DNA of 64,000 nucleotides from an uncultured Solirubrobacterales bacterium (GCA_963826005.1 CAWGVJ010000004.1:37279-101278), one strand, 5' to 3'. Counted from the first letter of the stretch, positions 1-9,609 are shown. The notes: a model not told the origin generated them from the letters alone. Program-made: numbers and translations.

Positions 1-801
1 AAGCTCCCCTACGACCGCAACGGCCACGGCACCTTCGTGGCCGGCGTGATCGCGCAGAGCACGAACAACGGGATCGGCCTCACGGGAGTGGCCTACCACT
101 CGCGGATCATGCCCGTGCGCGTGCTCGACTACGAGGGCAAGGGCGACGTCGCCACGATCGCGCGCGGGATCCGGCTGGCCGCGCGGCGCGGCGCGCGCGT
201 GATCAACATGAGCTTCGAGTTCGACATCGGGCTCAGCTCGTCGGAGATCCCGGACGTCCTGTCGGCCGTGCGCTATGCGCACCGCAAGGGAGTCGTGATG
301 GTCGCCGCGGCCGGCAACACCGAGGAGACCCGGATCGCCTACCCGGCCCGCGCACGCCAGGTGATCGCCGTGGGCGCGACCACGGAGCACGGGTGCGTCG
401 CCGACTACTCGAACTCCGGCTCCGGGCTCGACCTCGTCGCGCCGGGAGGCGGCGCCGACGCGTTCATCGACACCGACGCCAACTGCAAGCCGCTCGAGGA
501 TCCGGGCCGCGACGTCTATCAGTACACGTTCCGCGGCTCCAGCCCGCGCAAGTTCGGTCTGCCGAGCGGCTACGAGGGCACGTCGATGGCCGTTCCGCAT
601 GTGACCGGCACGATCGCGCTGATGCTCGGCGCGCACACGCTGGGCCAGCACCCTGCGACACAGCAGATCGTCCAGCGGCTCGAGTCGACCGCGACCGACC
701 TGGGCCCACCCGGCTACGACCAGCTCTACGGGTGGGGCCTGCTGAACTCCGCCGCGGCCACCGCGCCGCCGGCACCTCCGCCGCCTGCACCTGCCCCTTA
801 G
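1..801 (+). CDS. S8 family (subtilisin-like) serine peptidase, 5' end outside window
   Basis: Frame 1 is open from nt 1, and listed ORF 37..801 is its tail. Subtilase motifs NGHGTF (catalytic His) and GTSMAVPHVTG (catalytic Ser). Pro/Ala-rich C-terminus. Confidence 0.85.
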   Translation, partial: KLPYDRNGHGTFVAGVIAQSTNNGIGLTGVAYHSRIMPVRVLDYEGKGDVATIARGIRLAARRGARVINMSFEFDIGLSSSEIPDVLSAVRYAHRKGVVMVAAAGNTEETRIAYPARARQVIAVGATTEHGCVADYSNSGSGLDLVAPGGGADAFIDTDANCKPLEDPGRDVYQYTFRGSSPRKFGLPSGYEGTSMAVPHVTGTIALMLGAHTLGQHPATQQIVQRLESTATDLGPPGYDQLYGWGLLNSAAATAPPAPPPPAPAP

Positions 802-1241
802 CTCGTCCTGACGATCAGGACAGAGGTCGGGGCGTGGTGGGACACCTTGTTCGGCACGCTCCCCAGGAGGAACCGCTTGGCGCCAGTCATGCCCTTGTTG
901 CCGACGACGATCAGGTCCGCGTTCTCCTCCTCGGCGACGTCGAGGATCGCGTCGGCGGCCTCGCCCTGGCGTGCGAACGTGCGTACCGGCACGCCGGCCG
1001 CCTCGACCTCGCTCGCCGCCTCGGCGAGAGTGGCGTCGACGTCCTCGCTGGGGCTCACGGTGTGCTCGATGTCGGCCGGCGCCTCGAGGCGCTCCGCCTG
1101 CAGCCGCGAGGAGGGCACCGGGTCGTATGCGCTCACGATGTCGAGCGAGGCCCCTGTCTTCTTCGCCAGCTCGGTCGCCTCGCGCACGGCTTGCGTGGCG
1201 GTCTCAGAGCCGTCCGTTCCGACCACGATCCGAGAGAACAT
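798..1241 (-). CDS. universal stress protein (UspA family)
   Basis: Internal ATG of ORF 798..2039 gives 147 aa, with GGAGG 4 nt upstream. Usp signatures IVVGTDGS, GNKGMTG and GSVPNKVSHHAPTSVLIV. The longer ORF extension looks non-coding. Confidence 0.9.
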   Translation of the reverse strand: MFSRIVVGTDGSETATQAVREATELAKKTGASLDIVSAYDPVPSSRLQAERLEAPADIEHTVSPSEDVDATLAEAASEVEAAGVPVRTFARQGEAADAILDVAEEENADLIVVGNKGMTGAKRFLLGSVPNKVSHHAPTSVLIVRTS

Positions 1242-1338
1242 CTTCCCTCCTCGAGGAATCAGCAGCAAAAGCGGGCGGATCATAAGCGTTCCGTGCCTGC
1301 TGCGCGATGCGGGAGTACCGCTACCCTTGACCCCGGCC

Positions 1339-1437
1339 ATGGACCGACAGCCGATGCCTCCCTTCTGGATCGTGGTCCAGATCCTGATCGTCATCTGCGT
1401 CCTGATCTCGGCGGTGATCGTCGTCGTCAAGCTGTGA
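1339..1437 (+). CDS. 32-aa hydrophobic peptide (single TM), hypothetical
   Basis: ATG 1339. MDRQPMPPFWIVVQILIVICVLISAVIVVVKL is one TM helix. Its stop overlaps the next start in GTGA (1434-1437). Support is geometry only. Confidence 0.35.
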   Translation: MDRQPMPPFWIVVQILIVICVLISAVIVVVKL

Positions 1438-2177
1438 CGTTGGCGCAGCCGACCGCCCCGGCCGAGCCCGACTACGGCCCTTCGCTCCCGCAGATCGTGC
1501 GGCCGTGGCTGCGCAAGCGCTCGCGCCCGCAGCAGGTCGCGCTGGGGCTGGTCGTCGTGCTGCTGCTCGCGGCGGTCGCCGCGCTCGCGATCCGCAGCTC
1601 GGCCGAGGTCAAGACCTACCAGCAGACCGAGTCCGACGCCCGCGACCGCGGGCTGAACCCGATCGAGTTCCACTTCGACCACTCCCGCAAGCTGAGCCTC
1701 TCGCAGCCCCCGGGCGCCTACGTGCGCGCCGAGCGGCGCAGGAACGGGGAGCTGGTCGCCAGCATGACCGTCTCGCCGTTCCGGATGGCGCGCCGCGACG
1801 GGTTCATCGCCGGCTACCTGCCGCTCGTCGCGACCGACCTGCAGCACGACGCGGCGCGGCGCTACGAGCACTTCCGGCTCCAGTTCGAGGGGCGCGCGCG
1901 GGTGAACGACGTCGAGGGTTACCAGTTCGCGTTCACGGCGCGCCTCGCACGCGCGGGCGGCGGAGACCCCCGCCAGCTGTTCGGCCGGATCGTCGTGCTG
2001 CCGGAGCCATACGACTACAACGACCCGGCGAAGGAGCATCCGGCCGGGCAGAACCCCACGCGTGGCCTGCTGATCACGATGCTCGCCACCACGCTCGACG
2101 CGCCGGATTCGCCGACCAGGGTCGGCGACGAGGGCATCCTGCAGAAGCCGTTTCGCAGCTTCCGCTTCGGAAGCTAG
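1434..2177 (+). CDS. membrane-anchored hypothetical protein
   Basis: GTG 1434 within ORF 393..2177 gives 247 aa. Basic N-terminus, one TM (VALGLVVVLLLAAVAALAI), then a ~190-aa domain. No family recognised. Confidence 0.55.
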   Translation: MTLAQPTAPAEPDYGPSLPQIVRPWLRKRSRPQQVALGLVVVLLLAAVAALAIRSSAEVKTYQQTESDARDRGLNPIEFHFDHSRKLSLSQPPGAYVRAERRRNGELVASMTVSPFRMARRDGFIAGYLPLVATDLQHDAARRYEHFRLQFEGRARVNDVEGYQFAFTARLARAGGGDPRQLFGRIVVLPEPYDYNDPAKEHPAGQNPTRGLLITMLATTLDAPDSPTRVGDEGILQKPFRSFRFGS

Positions 2178-3673
2178 GGAGAAGCGCTGGGGACCGTGGC
2201 CGCGCTGCCGGTCGCGCCGACGGAGCTGCCGCTCGCCCCCGTGGTGCCCTGCTGCTTGACCGGCGGTGAGGCCGGGGCGCAGCGGCGCCGCCCGTCTCGG
2301 GCTCCGCGCCGGCGCTGCCGGTCACCGGGGCGGGCTCGTCCTGCGGGCTCGGCCTGATCGCCCGCGGCGGGATCGGTCGCGCCGGTGTCCCCCGTCGTGC
2401 CGGTGTCGGGCTTCGTCGCGGCGGGGTCGGCCGTGCTCGCATCCGCCGGCTTCGGCGGCGCGGCGGCCTGCTTCGCCGGCTCGGTCAGCTCGGCGGGCGC
2501 GCCGCTGAGGGAGGCGCCGCCCGACGGGTTCACCGGCGGCGGGGCCTGCCGCACCTGCGCGGGCACCGACACGGCCGGCTTCGAAGGCTCCGGTGCTGCG
2601 ACGCGCTTCGCCTCGACCGCTCCACCGGCGATCACGGCGGTGACGGCCACGCCGGCGACCGCCTTGGTCGCGACGGCGCCCAGCCCGAGGCCGCCCGCCG
2701 AGGCGAGGCCGCCCGCGGCGCTGCCGGCCGCGGCGCCGCCCGCCACGCCGGTGGCAGCGCTCGTGGCTGCCGTGACCGCTCCGGTGGCGCCGGCCGCGCC
2801 CGCGGCCGTGCCGCCGGCCGTGGCGCCGCCCGCTGCCGCTCCGCCGCCGCCCGCGAGCGCGCCGGCGCCGAGCTTGGCGAGCGCGAGCTTCTTCAGGATC
2901 AGCAGCGGCCCGATCGGGAAGGCCAGCGCCATCGCGGTGGTGGTCTTGCGCAACTGGGTGCGGTAGTCGCGGCACTCCTCGCACTCGCGCACGTGGCGGC
3001 GCAGCGCGGGCGAGGCCTTCTTCAGCCCCTCGGAGATCTCGGCCAGCTCGCGGCGCACGTCGTCGCAGCTCAGCTGGCGCGCCTCGGCGGCCTCGGCCAG
3101 GGACATCCGCGCGCGCACGAGCAGCGACTTGACGCTCGGGATGGTGGTCTCCATCGCCTCGGCGATCTGGTCATAGGAGAGCGCGTCGATCTCGCGCAGG
3201 AGGAGCGCGGTGCGCTGCGACTCCGCAAGCTTTTGCACGTCCTCGAGCAGGTGCCGCACGTCCGCGCGGCGGTGCACGACGTCCGCCGTGGTGCGGCCGT
3301 GCGCGTCCACGTGCTCGTCCATGGTGTCGCTGGCATCCGCCGTCGGGCGGCGCAGGTGGTTGAGGCAGCGGTTGCGCGCGATCCGGTACAGCCACGGGCG
3401 CACGTGGATCTCGCGCTGGTCGCCGAGGATCGCGTTGTAGGCGTTCGCGAACACCTCCTGCAGCACGTCCTCGGCGTCCTCCTTCGACCCGAGCATGTGC
3501 CGGCAGAAGCCCAGCAGGCGCGTGCGATAGCGCCCGAACAGCACCTCGAAGGCCGCGTCGTTGCCGCTGCGCAAGAGCACGATCAGGCGCTCGTCCGACT
3601 GCAGGCGAAGCAGCGGGGAGCGGCCGCCCAGCAGGCCGGAGCGTGTGGTTTTGGTGACGGTGGTGGTGGTCAC
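2174..3673 (-). CDS. ECF-type sigma-70 factor fused to zf-HC2 anti-sigma domain, TM segment and Ala/Gly/Pro-rich tail
   Basis: 499-aa ORF. Sigma region 2 (DAEDVLQEVF...RPWLYRIARNRCLNHLRR) and region 4 (LLLREIDALSYDQIAEAMETTIPSVKSLLVRAR). HxxxCxxC motif (HVRECEEC), hydrophobic segment PIGPLLILKKLALAKLGAGALAG, then a ~230-aa low-complexity tail. Confidence 0.85.
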   Translation of the reverse strand: MTTTTVTKTTRSGLLGGRSPLLRLQSDERLIVLLRSGNDAAFEVLFGRYRTRLLGFCRHMLGSKEDAEDVLQEVFANAYNAILGDQREIHVRPWLYRIARNRCLNHLRRPTADASDTMDEHVDAHGRTTADVVHRRADVRHLLEDVQKLAESQRTALLLREIDALSYDQIAEAMETTIPSVKSLLVRARMSLAEAAEARQLSCDDVRRELAEISEGLKKASPALRRHVRECEECRDYRTQLRKTTTAMALAFPIGPLLILKKLALAKLGAGALAGGGGAAAGGATAGGTAAGAAGATGAVTAATSAATGVAGGAAAGSAAGGLASAGGLGLGAVATKAVAGVAVTAVIAGGAVEAKRVAAPEPSKPAVSVPAQVRQAPPPVNPSGGASLSGAPAELTEPAKQAAAPPKPADASTADPAATKPDTGTTGDTGATDPAAGDQAEPAGRARPGDRQRRRGARDGRRRCAPASPPVKQQGTTGASGSSVGATGSAATVPSASP

Positions 3674-3825
3674 GCGATATTGGATCGGGCGGCCCGCGGA
3701 GCCGCCTACGAGGAAGAAAACACCGTACCAGCGGGCAAGTTGCGACCCGCCGGTTGAATCGGAGCGCCCGTGGGCGCCGGATTTCGCCCGCTTGCGGGGG
3801 AATCGTGCGGCTACAGTGGTTTTGC

Positions 3826-3910
3826 GCCCGGGTGCTGGAACTGGCTATACAGGGCGGGCTTAAACCCCGCTGTCCTCACGGACTTGTGGGTTCGACTCCC
3901 ACCCCGGGCA
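3826..3910 (+). tRNA. tRNA-Leu (anticodon UAA), type II with long variable arm; CCA not encoded
   Basis: Hand-folded cloverleaf. Acceptor GCCCGGG/CCCGGGC, D stem CTG/CAG, anticodon stem GCGGG/CCCGC with loop CTTAAAC. Variable arm GTCC-TCAC-GGAC, T arm GTGGG-TTCGACT-CCCAC, discriminator A. Confidence 0.9.
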
Positions 3911-3917
3911 CCTCTTT

Positions 3918-5181
3918 CTACTGTCGCAGCACACCCTCCAGCTGCCCACGCACGTCACCGGTGAGGGCGTCCGCATGACCGGGCCAGGCGGCGGCGGGCT
4001 CCATCTCGGCCAGCTTGCGGATGCTGTCGCGCGCCTTGTCCGTGTCCCAGTTGAACGCTTCATGCGGCACGCGCGGCGCGCCCTTCTGGCCGGTCATGGG
4101 ATTCAGCGTGTAGAACGTGTCGCTGACCAGCGCCAGCCGGTCGCTCTCGCGCCACAGCCCGATCAGCCCGGGAGCGTGACCGGGTAGGTCGACGACCTTG
4201 AAGCCGGCGATGTCGTCGCCCTCCGAGACCGTGCCCTCGACCTTCACGGGGCCGCCGTCCCACATGCTGAGCAGCCGCGGGAACAGCGGTCGCGCGTACC
4301 AGTCGAGCTCCGAGAAGCGGAAGTAGTGCTCGCCTCCGTCGCCCTCGGTGTCCGCCACGTTGTCGGGGTGACAGAACACGGGCGCGCCGAGGCCCGGCGC
4401 CGCGCCGCGGTGATCTGGATGGCCGTGGCCGAGCACGATGCGCTTGATGCCGCCGAGACCGGCGGCGACCGAGCCGATACCTCGCACCATCGACGCGGAT
4501 GCCGGCGTCGAACACGGTCACGCCGCCCTCGTCCTCGATCAGGTACACGTTCATGGTCTTCACCGGGAAGCCGCCCCGCACCAGCCACACGCCGTCCGCG
4601 ACCTGGCTCACGTCGGGCTTGAAGAATGGACGCAGCAGGCGCGTGCGGGTGTTGAACGCGGACGCCATGCGCCGCTCGGTCGTGCTGTCCTGTGCCGGGA
4701 GCAGGCCGACCGCCCGCGCGAACTGGCCGCTGTCGTAGTAGGCGTCGTTGCGGACGATCTTCCCGTCCTCGATCGTCAGCATGTCGATGCCCTCGAGATC
4801 GATCCGCGCGCCGGTCGGCTCGATCCCCTGGAAGGGACCGCCGCAGAAGGTGCCCGAGGCGTGCCAGCGCACCGCCGCCTGGTTGCGCGCGGCGACCACG
4901 TCCAGCACCTCGAAGCGCATGTCCGGCATCGCGGCGAACGTCTCCCCGAAGAACGCGACCATCTCGTCCGGGACGCTCAGCGGGCGCCCCAGCGGCGCGA
5001 TGTTCTCGATGCCGCCGGGTGCCCAGAACGTGGCCATGGCCTGCGGGTCGCGGGCCGCCACCGCCTCGAAGTAGGCGCGTGCCACCTTCCCGGGGCCGGG
5101 TGCGCGGCCCTTCTGCTCGCCCGTCTGCTGCGCGGCCTCGGCGCTGACGTCCGGCTTGGTGCTCTCCGTCGCTTCTGACAA
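3918..5181 (-). pseudogene. SnoaL/NTF2-like domain fused to MBL-fold metallo-hydrolase, one frame change near 4490-4500
   Basis: TTG start 5181 preceded by GAAGGAGGAG. The N-terminal part lies in ORF 4060..5250 and the C-terminal part in ORF 3918..4490 (HGHPDH metal motif). The break falls inside the MBL domain (…VFDAGIR | MVRGIGSVAAG…). Confidence 0.75.
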
Positions 5182-5246
5182 GGCTCCTCCTTCGCTCGGG
5201 TAGGCCCCACGGCTCCGCCGGGGCGCAGCATAACGGCGCAGCGGCT

Positions 5247-5912
5247 TCAACCCGAGGTGAGCTCGACTGCGACGGACCCAAGCCCGTCCACCAGCAGCTC
5301 GAACCGCTCGCCCGCTGCTGCCGGCAGAGCGGTGACGAGCGAGCCCGCAATGATCACGTCGCCGGGCTCGAGCGACTCGCCCACCGCCGACAGGTAGCCC
5401 GAAACCAGCGCGACCACCTCATCGGGAGCCATGGCCGCCGCCGCGACGTCGATCGCGTGCTGCTCGTGCCCATCGTGCAGGAAGCGCGCGGACAGCCCCT
5501 CGACGCTCGTGCGCCCTGCGGTCACCGGCCCGAGCACGACCGCGCGGTGGAAGACGTTGCCCGCCATCACCCGCTCGAGATCGTCGAACGGCATGTCGAT
5601 GTCGATCACCTCGAGCGCCGGCCCGAGGCCCGCGATCGCGCCGTCCTCGCCCACGTGCACGGCGATCTCCGGTTCCACGGCCGGCCGGGTGGCGCCGGCG
5701 AGCGAGTGCGAGCCCCCCGGGTCGACCTCGGCGCCGGACGCGAGATAGCCGATCACCGGCTGCGCGATGCCGAGCGCCTGCTGCACCCGCGGGTCGTTGA
5801 GCGCGATCTTGAACCCGAGCCGCCGCTCGCCCGCGGCGGTGCGCTTGCGCAGCGCGGCGAACTGGGCCTCGAGCCCGCGGCGCACGCGCGGGTCGAGCGG
5901 CTCTGCGCTCAA
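5247..5912 (-). CDS. fumarylacetoacetate-hydrolase-superfamily hydratase (2-keto-4-pentenoate hydratase-like)
   Basis: TTG 5912 in ORF 5247..6461 gives 221 aa. The start overlaps the upstream stop as TTGA. Resemblance to MhpD-type hydratases is by eye. The upstream ORF extension is out-of-frame overlap with the next gene. Confidence 0.55.
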   Translation of the reverse strand: MSAEPLDPRVRRGLEAQFAALRKRTAAGERRLGFKIALNDPRVQQALGIAQPVIGYLASGAEVDPGGSHSLAGATRPAVEPEIAVHVGEDGAIAGLGPALEVIDIDMPFDDLERVMAGNVFHRAVVLGPVTAGRTSVEGLSARFLHDGHEQHAIDVAAAAMAPDEVVALVSGYLSAVGESLEPGDVIIAGSLVTALPAAAGERFELLVDGLGSVAVELTSG

Positions 5913-6295
5913 GGCTTGATGTCGCGGTACCGCGTGAGCACCGCGAACACGACATACCCGACGCCCAGCAGGATGAAGTAGGCGGTCGCCGGCGCATCGT
6001 CTCCCGCGAACCCGAAGACGAACGGGGTCACGAGGAACACCAGGCCCAGCACGTAGTCGAGGACCACGTGCGAGGCAACCGGCAGCGTGCGCGCCAGGCC
6101 AGTGGGAGCGTCGGTGACGACGGCGAGCACCAGGATCCCCGCGCCGATCAGGACGGCGACGACCTTGGCCGCCGAGTCGTCGAACGAGAAGATGAACGGG
6201 GAGAGGATCGTGAGGACCCCGATCCCGTACTCGATCAGCACGTGCAGCCCGAACGGGATCGAGTTGGGCTGCACCCGGCGGCGATCGCTGCGCAC
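5909..6295 (-). CDS. SPW-repeat-like small membrane protein (start uncertain)
   Basis: Tail of ORF 5909..6526. Four hydrophobic helices with repeated LSPFIF / VTPFVF motifs. GTG 6295 chosen, but GTG 6274 or 6319 is possible. No clear RBS. Confidence 0.5.
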   Translation of the reverse strand: MRSDRRRVQPNSIPFGLHVLIEYGIGVLTILSPFIFSFDDSAAKVVAVLIGAGILVLAVVTDAPTGLARTLPVASHVVLDYVLGLVFLVTPFVFGFAGDDAPATAYFILLGVGYVVFAVLTRYRDIKP

Positions 6296-6425
6296 CGGCG
6301 GCTGGGGCTTGGGCGTCACGCCGCGGATCGTAAACGGCGGCTCTTGCGCGGGGTCCCCCGGCAGGCTTCCGCCCGCGCCGCGGTTCGGGTCGATTGGCGC
6401 TCGGCCTTGGTCTATATTGAGAACC

Positions 6426-7130
6426 GTGAGCACGCAGACGGCCAAACTGCCGCGCGAGCAAGGGGAATCACAGGCGAAGCAGGCTGGGAAGGCGCCCCAG
6501 GAGATCTCGCCGCGGATGTTCGACAACCCGATCCTGGAGTGGGGATCGCGGGTGCACCCGATCGTCCCGCCGCTGATCTACGTCCCGGTGATCTCGTTCC
6601 TCCTGTCCGTGGCCGTGAACGCGAAGGACCTGTCGGTGCCGGCTGTCGCGGGAGTGTTCCTGCTCGGCACCGCGTTCTGGACGTTCTTCGAGTACACGCT
6701 GCACCGTTTCATCTTCCACCTGCGCCCCGACAACGACTGGGGCCGGAAGATGCACTTCATCATCCACGGCGTGCACCACGACTACCCGCACGACCCGATG
6801 CGGCTGGTGATGCCGCCGGCGGTCAGCATCCCGCTCGCGATCATCATGTACTTCGTGTTCCGCGGCGTCCTTGGCCCGGAGTGGTCGCTGCCCGCGTTCG
6901 CCGGGTTCCTGCTGGGCTACCTCCTCTACGACATGGGGCACTACCACATCCACCACCACCGCGCGGACAACAAGATCAGCCTCGCGCTGCGCCGGTATCA
7001 CTACCGCCACCACTTCCAGCAGTCCGACCGCGGCTTCGGTGTCACCTCTCCGCTGTGGGACCGCGTGTTCCGCACCGCGCCGGTGATCCGCCGGCGGCGC
7101 CCGCCCAAGAGCGCCACTAAGAGCGCCTGA
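6426..7130 (+). CDS. fatty acid hydroxylase / sterol desaturase superfamily membrane protein
   Basis: His boxes HRFIFH, HGVHHDYPHD, HYHIHHH and HYRHHF. In-frame GTG 6426 lies 7 nt after TATATT (6413-6418), which suggests a leaderless start. Alternative ATG at 6516. Confidence 0.8.
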   Translation: MSTQTAKLPREQGESQAKQAGKAPQEISPRMFDNPILEWGSRVHPIVPPLIYVPVISFLLSVAVNAKDLSVPAVAGVFLLGTAFWTFFEYTLHRFIFHLRPDNDWGRKMHFIIHGVHHDYPHDPMRLVMPPAVSIPLAIIMYFVFRGVLGPEWSLPAFAGFLLGYLLYDMGHYHIHHHRADNKISLALRRYHYRHHFQQSDRGFGVTSPLWDRVFRTAPVIRRRRPPKSATKSA

Positions 7131-7698
7131 GCATCTCCTCCGCGCGCGCCAGGTCGGCGGGCGTGTTGACGTTGAACACGATGCGCTCCGGGTCGCCGTA
7201 GCGCCGCACCTTCGGCTCGTTGATGCGCACCGCGCCCAGCTCGGTGACGATCTCGTGCAGCGGGCGCTGCTCGTCGCGTCCCGCGCGCAGCGCATCGATC
7301 AGCTCGGGGGTGTAGCGGCCGATCAGCGGGTGCAGCCTCCCCGCGGCCTCGATCACGACGAGCGGCTCACTGCGTCCGGCGAGATGGGCCAGCAGCGCGG
7401 GTGCCAGAAACGGCAGGTCGCACCCGCAGACGACCACCGGCCGGCCCGCACGCTCGAGCGCCGCGACCAGACCGGTGAGCGGATGCGCGGGCTCTTCCGG
7501 CTCCTCCCACACGGGTACATCGAGCGGCGGCAGCTCGGTCCCGGGCTTCGCGACGACGACTGCCTCCAGCCGAGCCTCGCGCATCGCGCGCAGCGGGCGC
7601 TCGATCAGCGGCGCGCCGGCCAGCTCGATGCCGGCCTTCGGAGCACCCATGCGGCTGCTCCGACCACCTGCCAGCACGACTCCCAACGGCTCGCTCAA
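7117..7698 (-). CDS. mobA: molybdenum cofactor guanylyltransferase
   Basis: 193-aa ORF. N-terminal LAGGRSSRMG..K nucleotide-binding motif typical of MobA. 14-nt convergent overlap with the previous gene. Confidence 0.85.
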   Translation of the reverse strand: MSEPLGVVLAGGRSSRMGAPKAGIELAGAPLIERPLRAMREARLEAVVVAKPGTELPPLDVPVWEEPEEPAHPLTGLVAALERAGRPVVVCGCDLPFLAPALLAHLAGRSEPLVVIEAAGRLHPLIGRYTPELIDALRAGRDEQRPLHEIVTELGAVRINEPKVRRYGDPERIVFNVNTPADLARAEEMLRRS

Positions 7699-7750
7699 AA
7701 CAAACGGAGGCTAGTAGGGTTGCCCGGCACGCGAATCCGAGGGAGGCACG

Positions 7751-9440
7751 ATGGCAACGAAGGACCAGACGCAGGCTCCGGCGGCCGAGAGCGCCGACGC
7801 GAAACAGCCGCACGGCGGCATCCTGATCGCGCGGCGGCTGAAGGCTCATGGTGTGTCCAAGTTGTTCACGCTGTCGGGCGGGCACCTGTTCTCGATCTAC
7901 GACGGCTGCCGCGACGAGGGCATCGACATCGTCGACGTGCGCCACGAGTCGGCGGCCGCGTTCGCGGCGGAGGGCTGGGCCAAGGTCACGCGGGAGCCGG
8001 GCGTGGCGGCGCTCACCGCCGGACCCGGAGTCACCAACGGCATGAGCGCGCTCGCCTCCGCGCACAAGAACAACTCGCCGATGCTGGTGCTGGGCGGACG
8101 CGCGCCGCAGTTCCGCTGGGGCCAGGGATCCCTCCAGGAGATCGACCACGTGCCGTTCGTCGCACCGCTCACGAAGAGCGCGCGCACGGCCACGTCCACG
8201 GCCGAGGTCCCGGAGCTGGTCGACGCGGCGCTGGCCGCGACCCTCGCCGTCCCGACCGGGCCCGTCTTCCTCGACCTGCCGCTGGACGTCGTCTTCATGG
8301 AGGCGGATGACCCCGGCAACGCCGCCACGCTGCCCGACCCGGCCGCGCTGCCCGCGGCGGACGGCCGCGAGATCGAGCGCATCGGCGCGCTGCTCGGTGC
8401 CGCGGAGCGCCCGGTGATCATGGCCGGCACGGACCTCTACTGGGGCCACGGCGAGAACGCGCTGCGCGAGCTGTCGGAGGCGCTCGGGATCCCGGTGTTC
8501 CTGAACGGCCTCGCGCGCGGCTGCCTGCCCGCCGACCATCCCAACTTCTACTCGCGGGCGCGCAGCGCCGCGCTGAAGGACGCCGACGTCGCGCTCGTGA
8601 TGGGCGTGCCGATGGACTTCCGTCTCGGATTCGGCGGCAGCTTCGGCGAGGACACGCAGCTCGTGCAGATCGACTCCGCCGAATCCAGGCCGCGCCGCGC
8701 CGCGCGAGCTGGCGGGCGAGCTGTACGGCGGCTTCCCCGCGACGCTCGCCGCGCTGCGCCAGGCCGCGCTCGACGCCGGCGGCTCCCCGCAGCGCACCGC
8801 CGCCTGGCGCGCGGGCCTGCGCGAGACCGAGGACGCCAAGCGCGCCGCCGAACGCGAGCAGCTCACCGACGACCGCGCGCCGCTCCACCCGATGCGCATC
8901 TACAAGGAGCTGGACGACATCCTCGACCGCGACGCGATCGTGATCGGCGACGGCGGCGACTACGTGTCCTTCGCGGGCCGAGTGATGAACACCTACGAGC
9001 CGGGCTGCTGGCTCGACCCGGGCCCGTTCGGTTGTCTCGGCTCCGGTCCCGGCTACGCGATGGCGGCCAAGCTCGCGCGCCCCGACAAGCAGGTGTGCCT
9101 GCTGCTCGGCGACGGCGCCTTCGGCTTCTCCGGCATGGAGTTCGACACGATGGTGCGCCACGGCATCCCCGTCGTCGCGGTCGTCGGCAACAACGGCATC
9201 TGGGCGCTCGAGAAGCACCCGATGGAGTTCCTGTACGGGTACTCCGTGGCCGCGGAGCTGATCCCCGAGACGCGCTACGACAAGGTGGTCGAGGCGCTCG
9301 GCGGGCACGGCGAGTTCGTGCAGCGGCCGGACGAGCTGCGCCCGGCACTCGAGCGCGCGTTCGCGTCGGGCAAGCCGGCGTGCGTGAACGTGCTCACCGA
9401 TCCCACGGTCGTCTACCCGCGCAGCGCAAACCTGGCGTAG
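7751..9440 (+). pseudogene. thiamine-pyrophosphate enzyme (acetolactate synthase / oxalyl-CoA decarboxylase family), one frame change near 8690-8700
   Basis: N-terminal and middle domains lie in ORF 7751..9475 up to ...LVQIDSAE. The TPP-binding domain lies in the frame of ORF 8892..9440 (GDGGDY...[14 protein letters not shown]...VVGNNGIW). GAGGGAGG RBS before ATG 7751. Confidence 0.8.
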
Positions 9441-9573
9441 GACACCGCGTTATCGTCGGCCGCGCTACGCGGTAGAGGGCGGTTGAGCGAGCGCGTTCTC
9501 GGGACTGGGCCGTTTCAGTGCCGGATAGCGACCTCGAGACGGCCCACCCTCCACACGATGTTCGGTGGAAAGC

Positions 9574-9609
9574 GAAGAGGCGACCGATAGATCCAACGGT
9601 CGCCTCTTC
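9574..9609. other. perfect 13-bp stem-loop inside an unassigned 406-nt spacer
   Basis: GAAGAGGCGACCG-(10 nt)-CGGTCGCCTCTTC. Lies between convergent gene ends (9440 and 9847). No U-tract on either side. Confidence 0.45.

Noticed and set aside
4060-5250. Treating ORFs 4060..5250 and 3918..4490 as two independent genes
   Set aside because: The break lies inside the MBL fold, just upstream of the HGHPDH metal motif. The downstream piece has no RBS or independent N-terminus. A single interrupted gene explains both.
5247-6461. 404-aa ORF as one gene
   Set aside because: The upstream ~180 codons are an out-of-frame overlap of the SPW-like gene. The hydratase domain starts at TTG 5912, which is coupled (TTGA) to the upstream stop.
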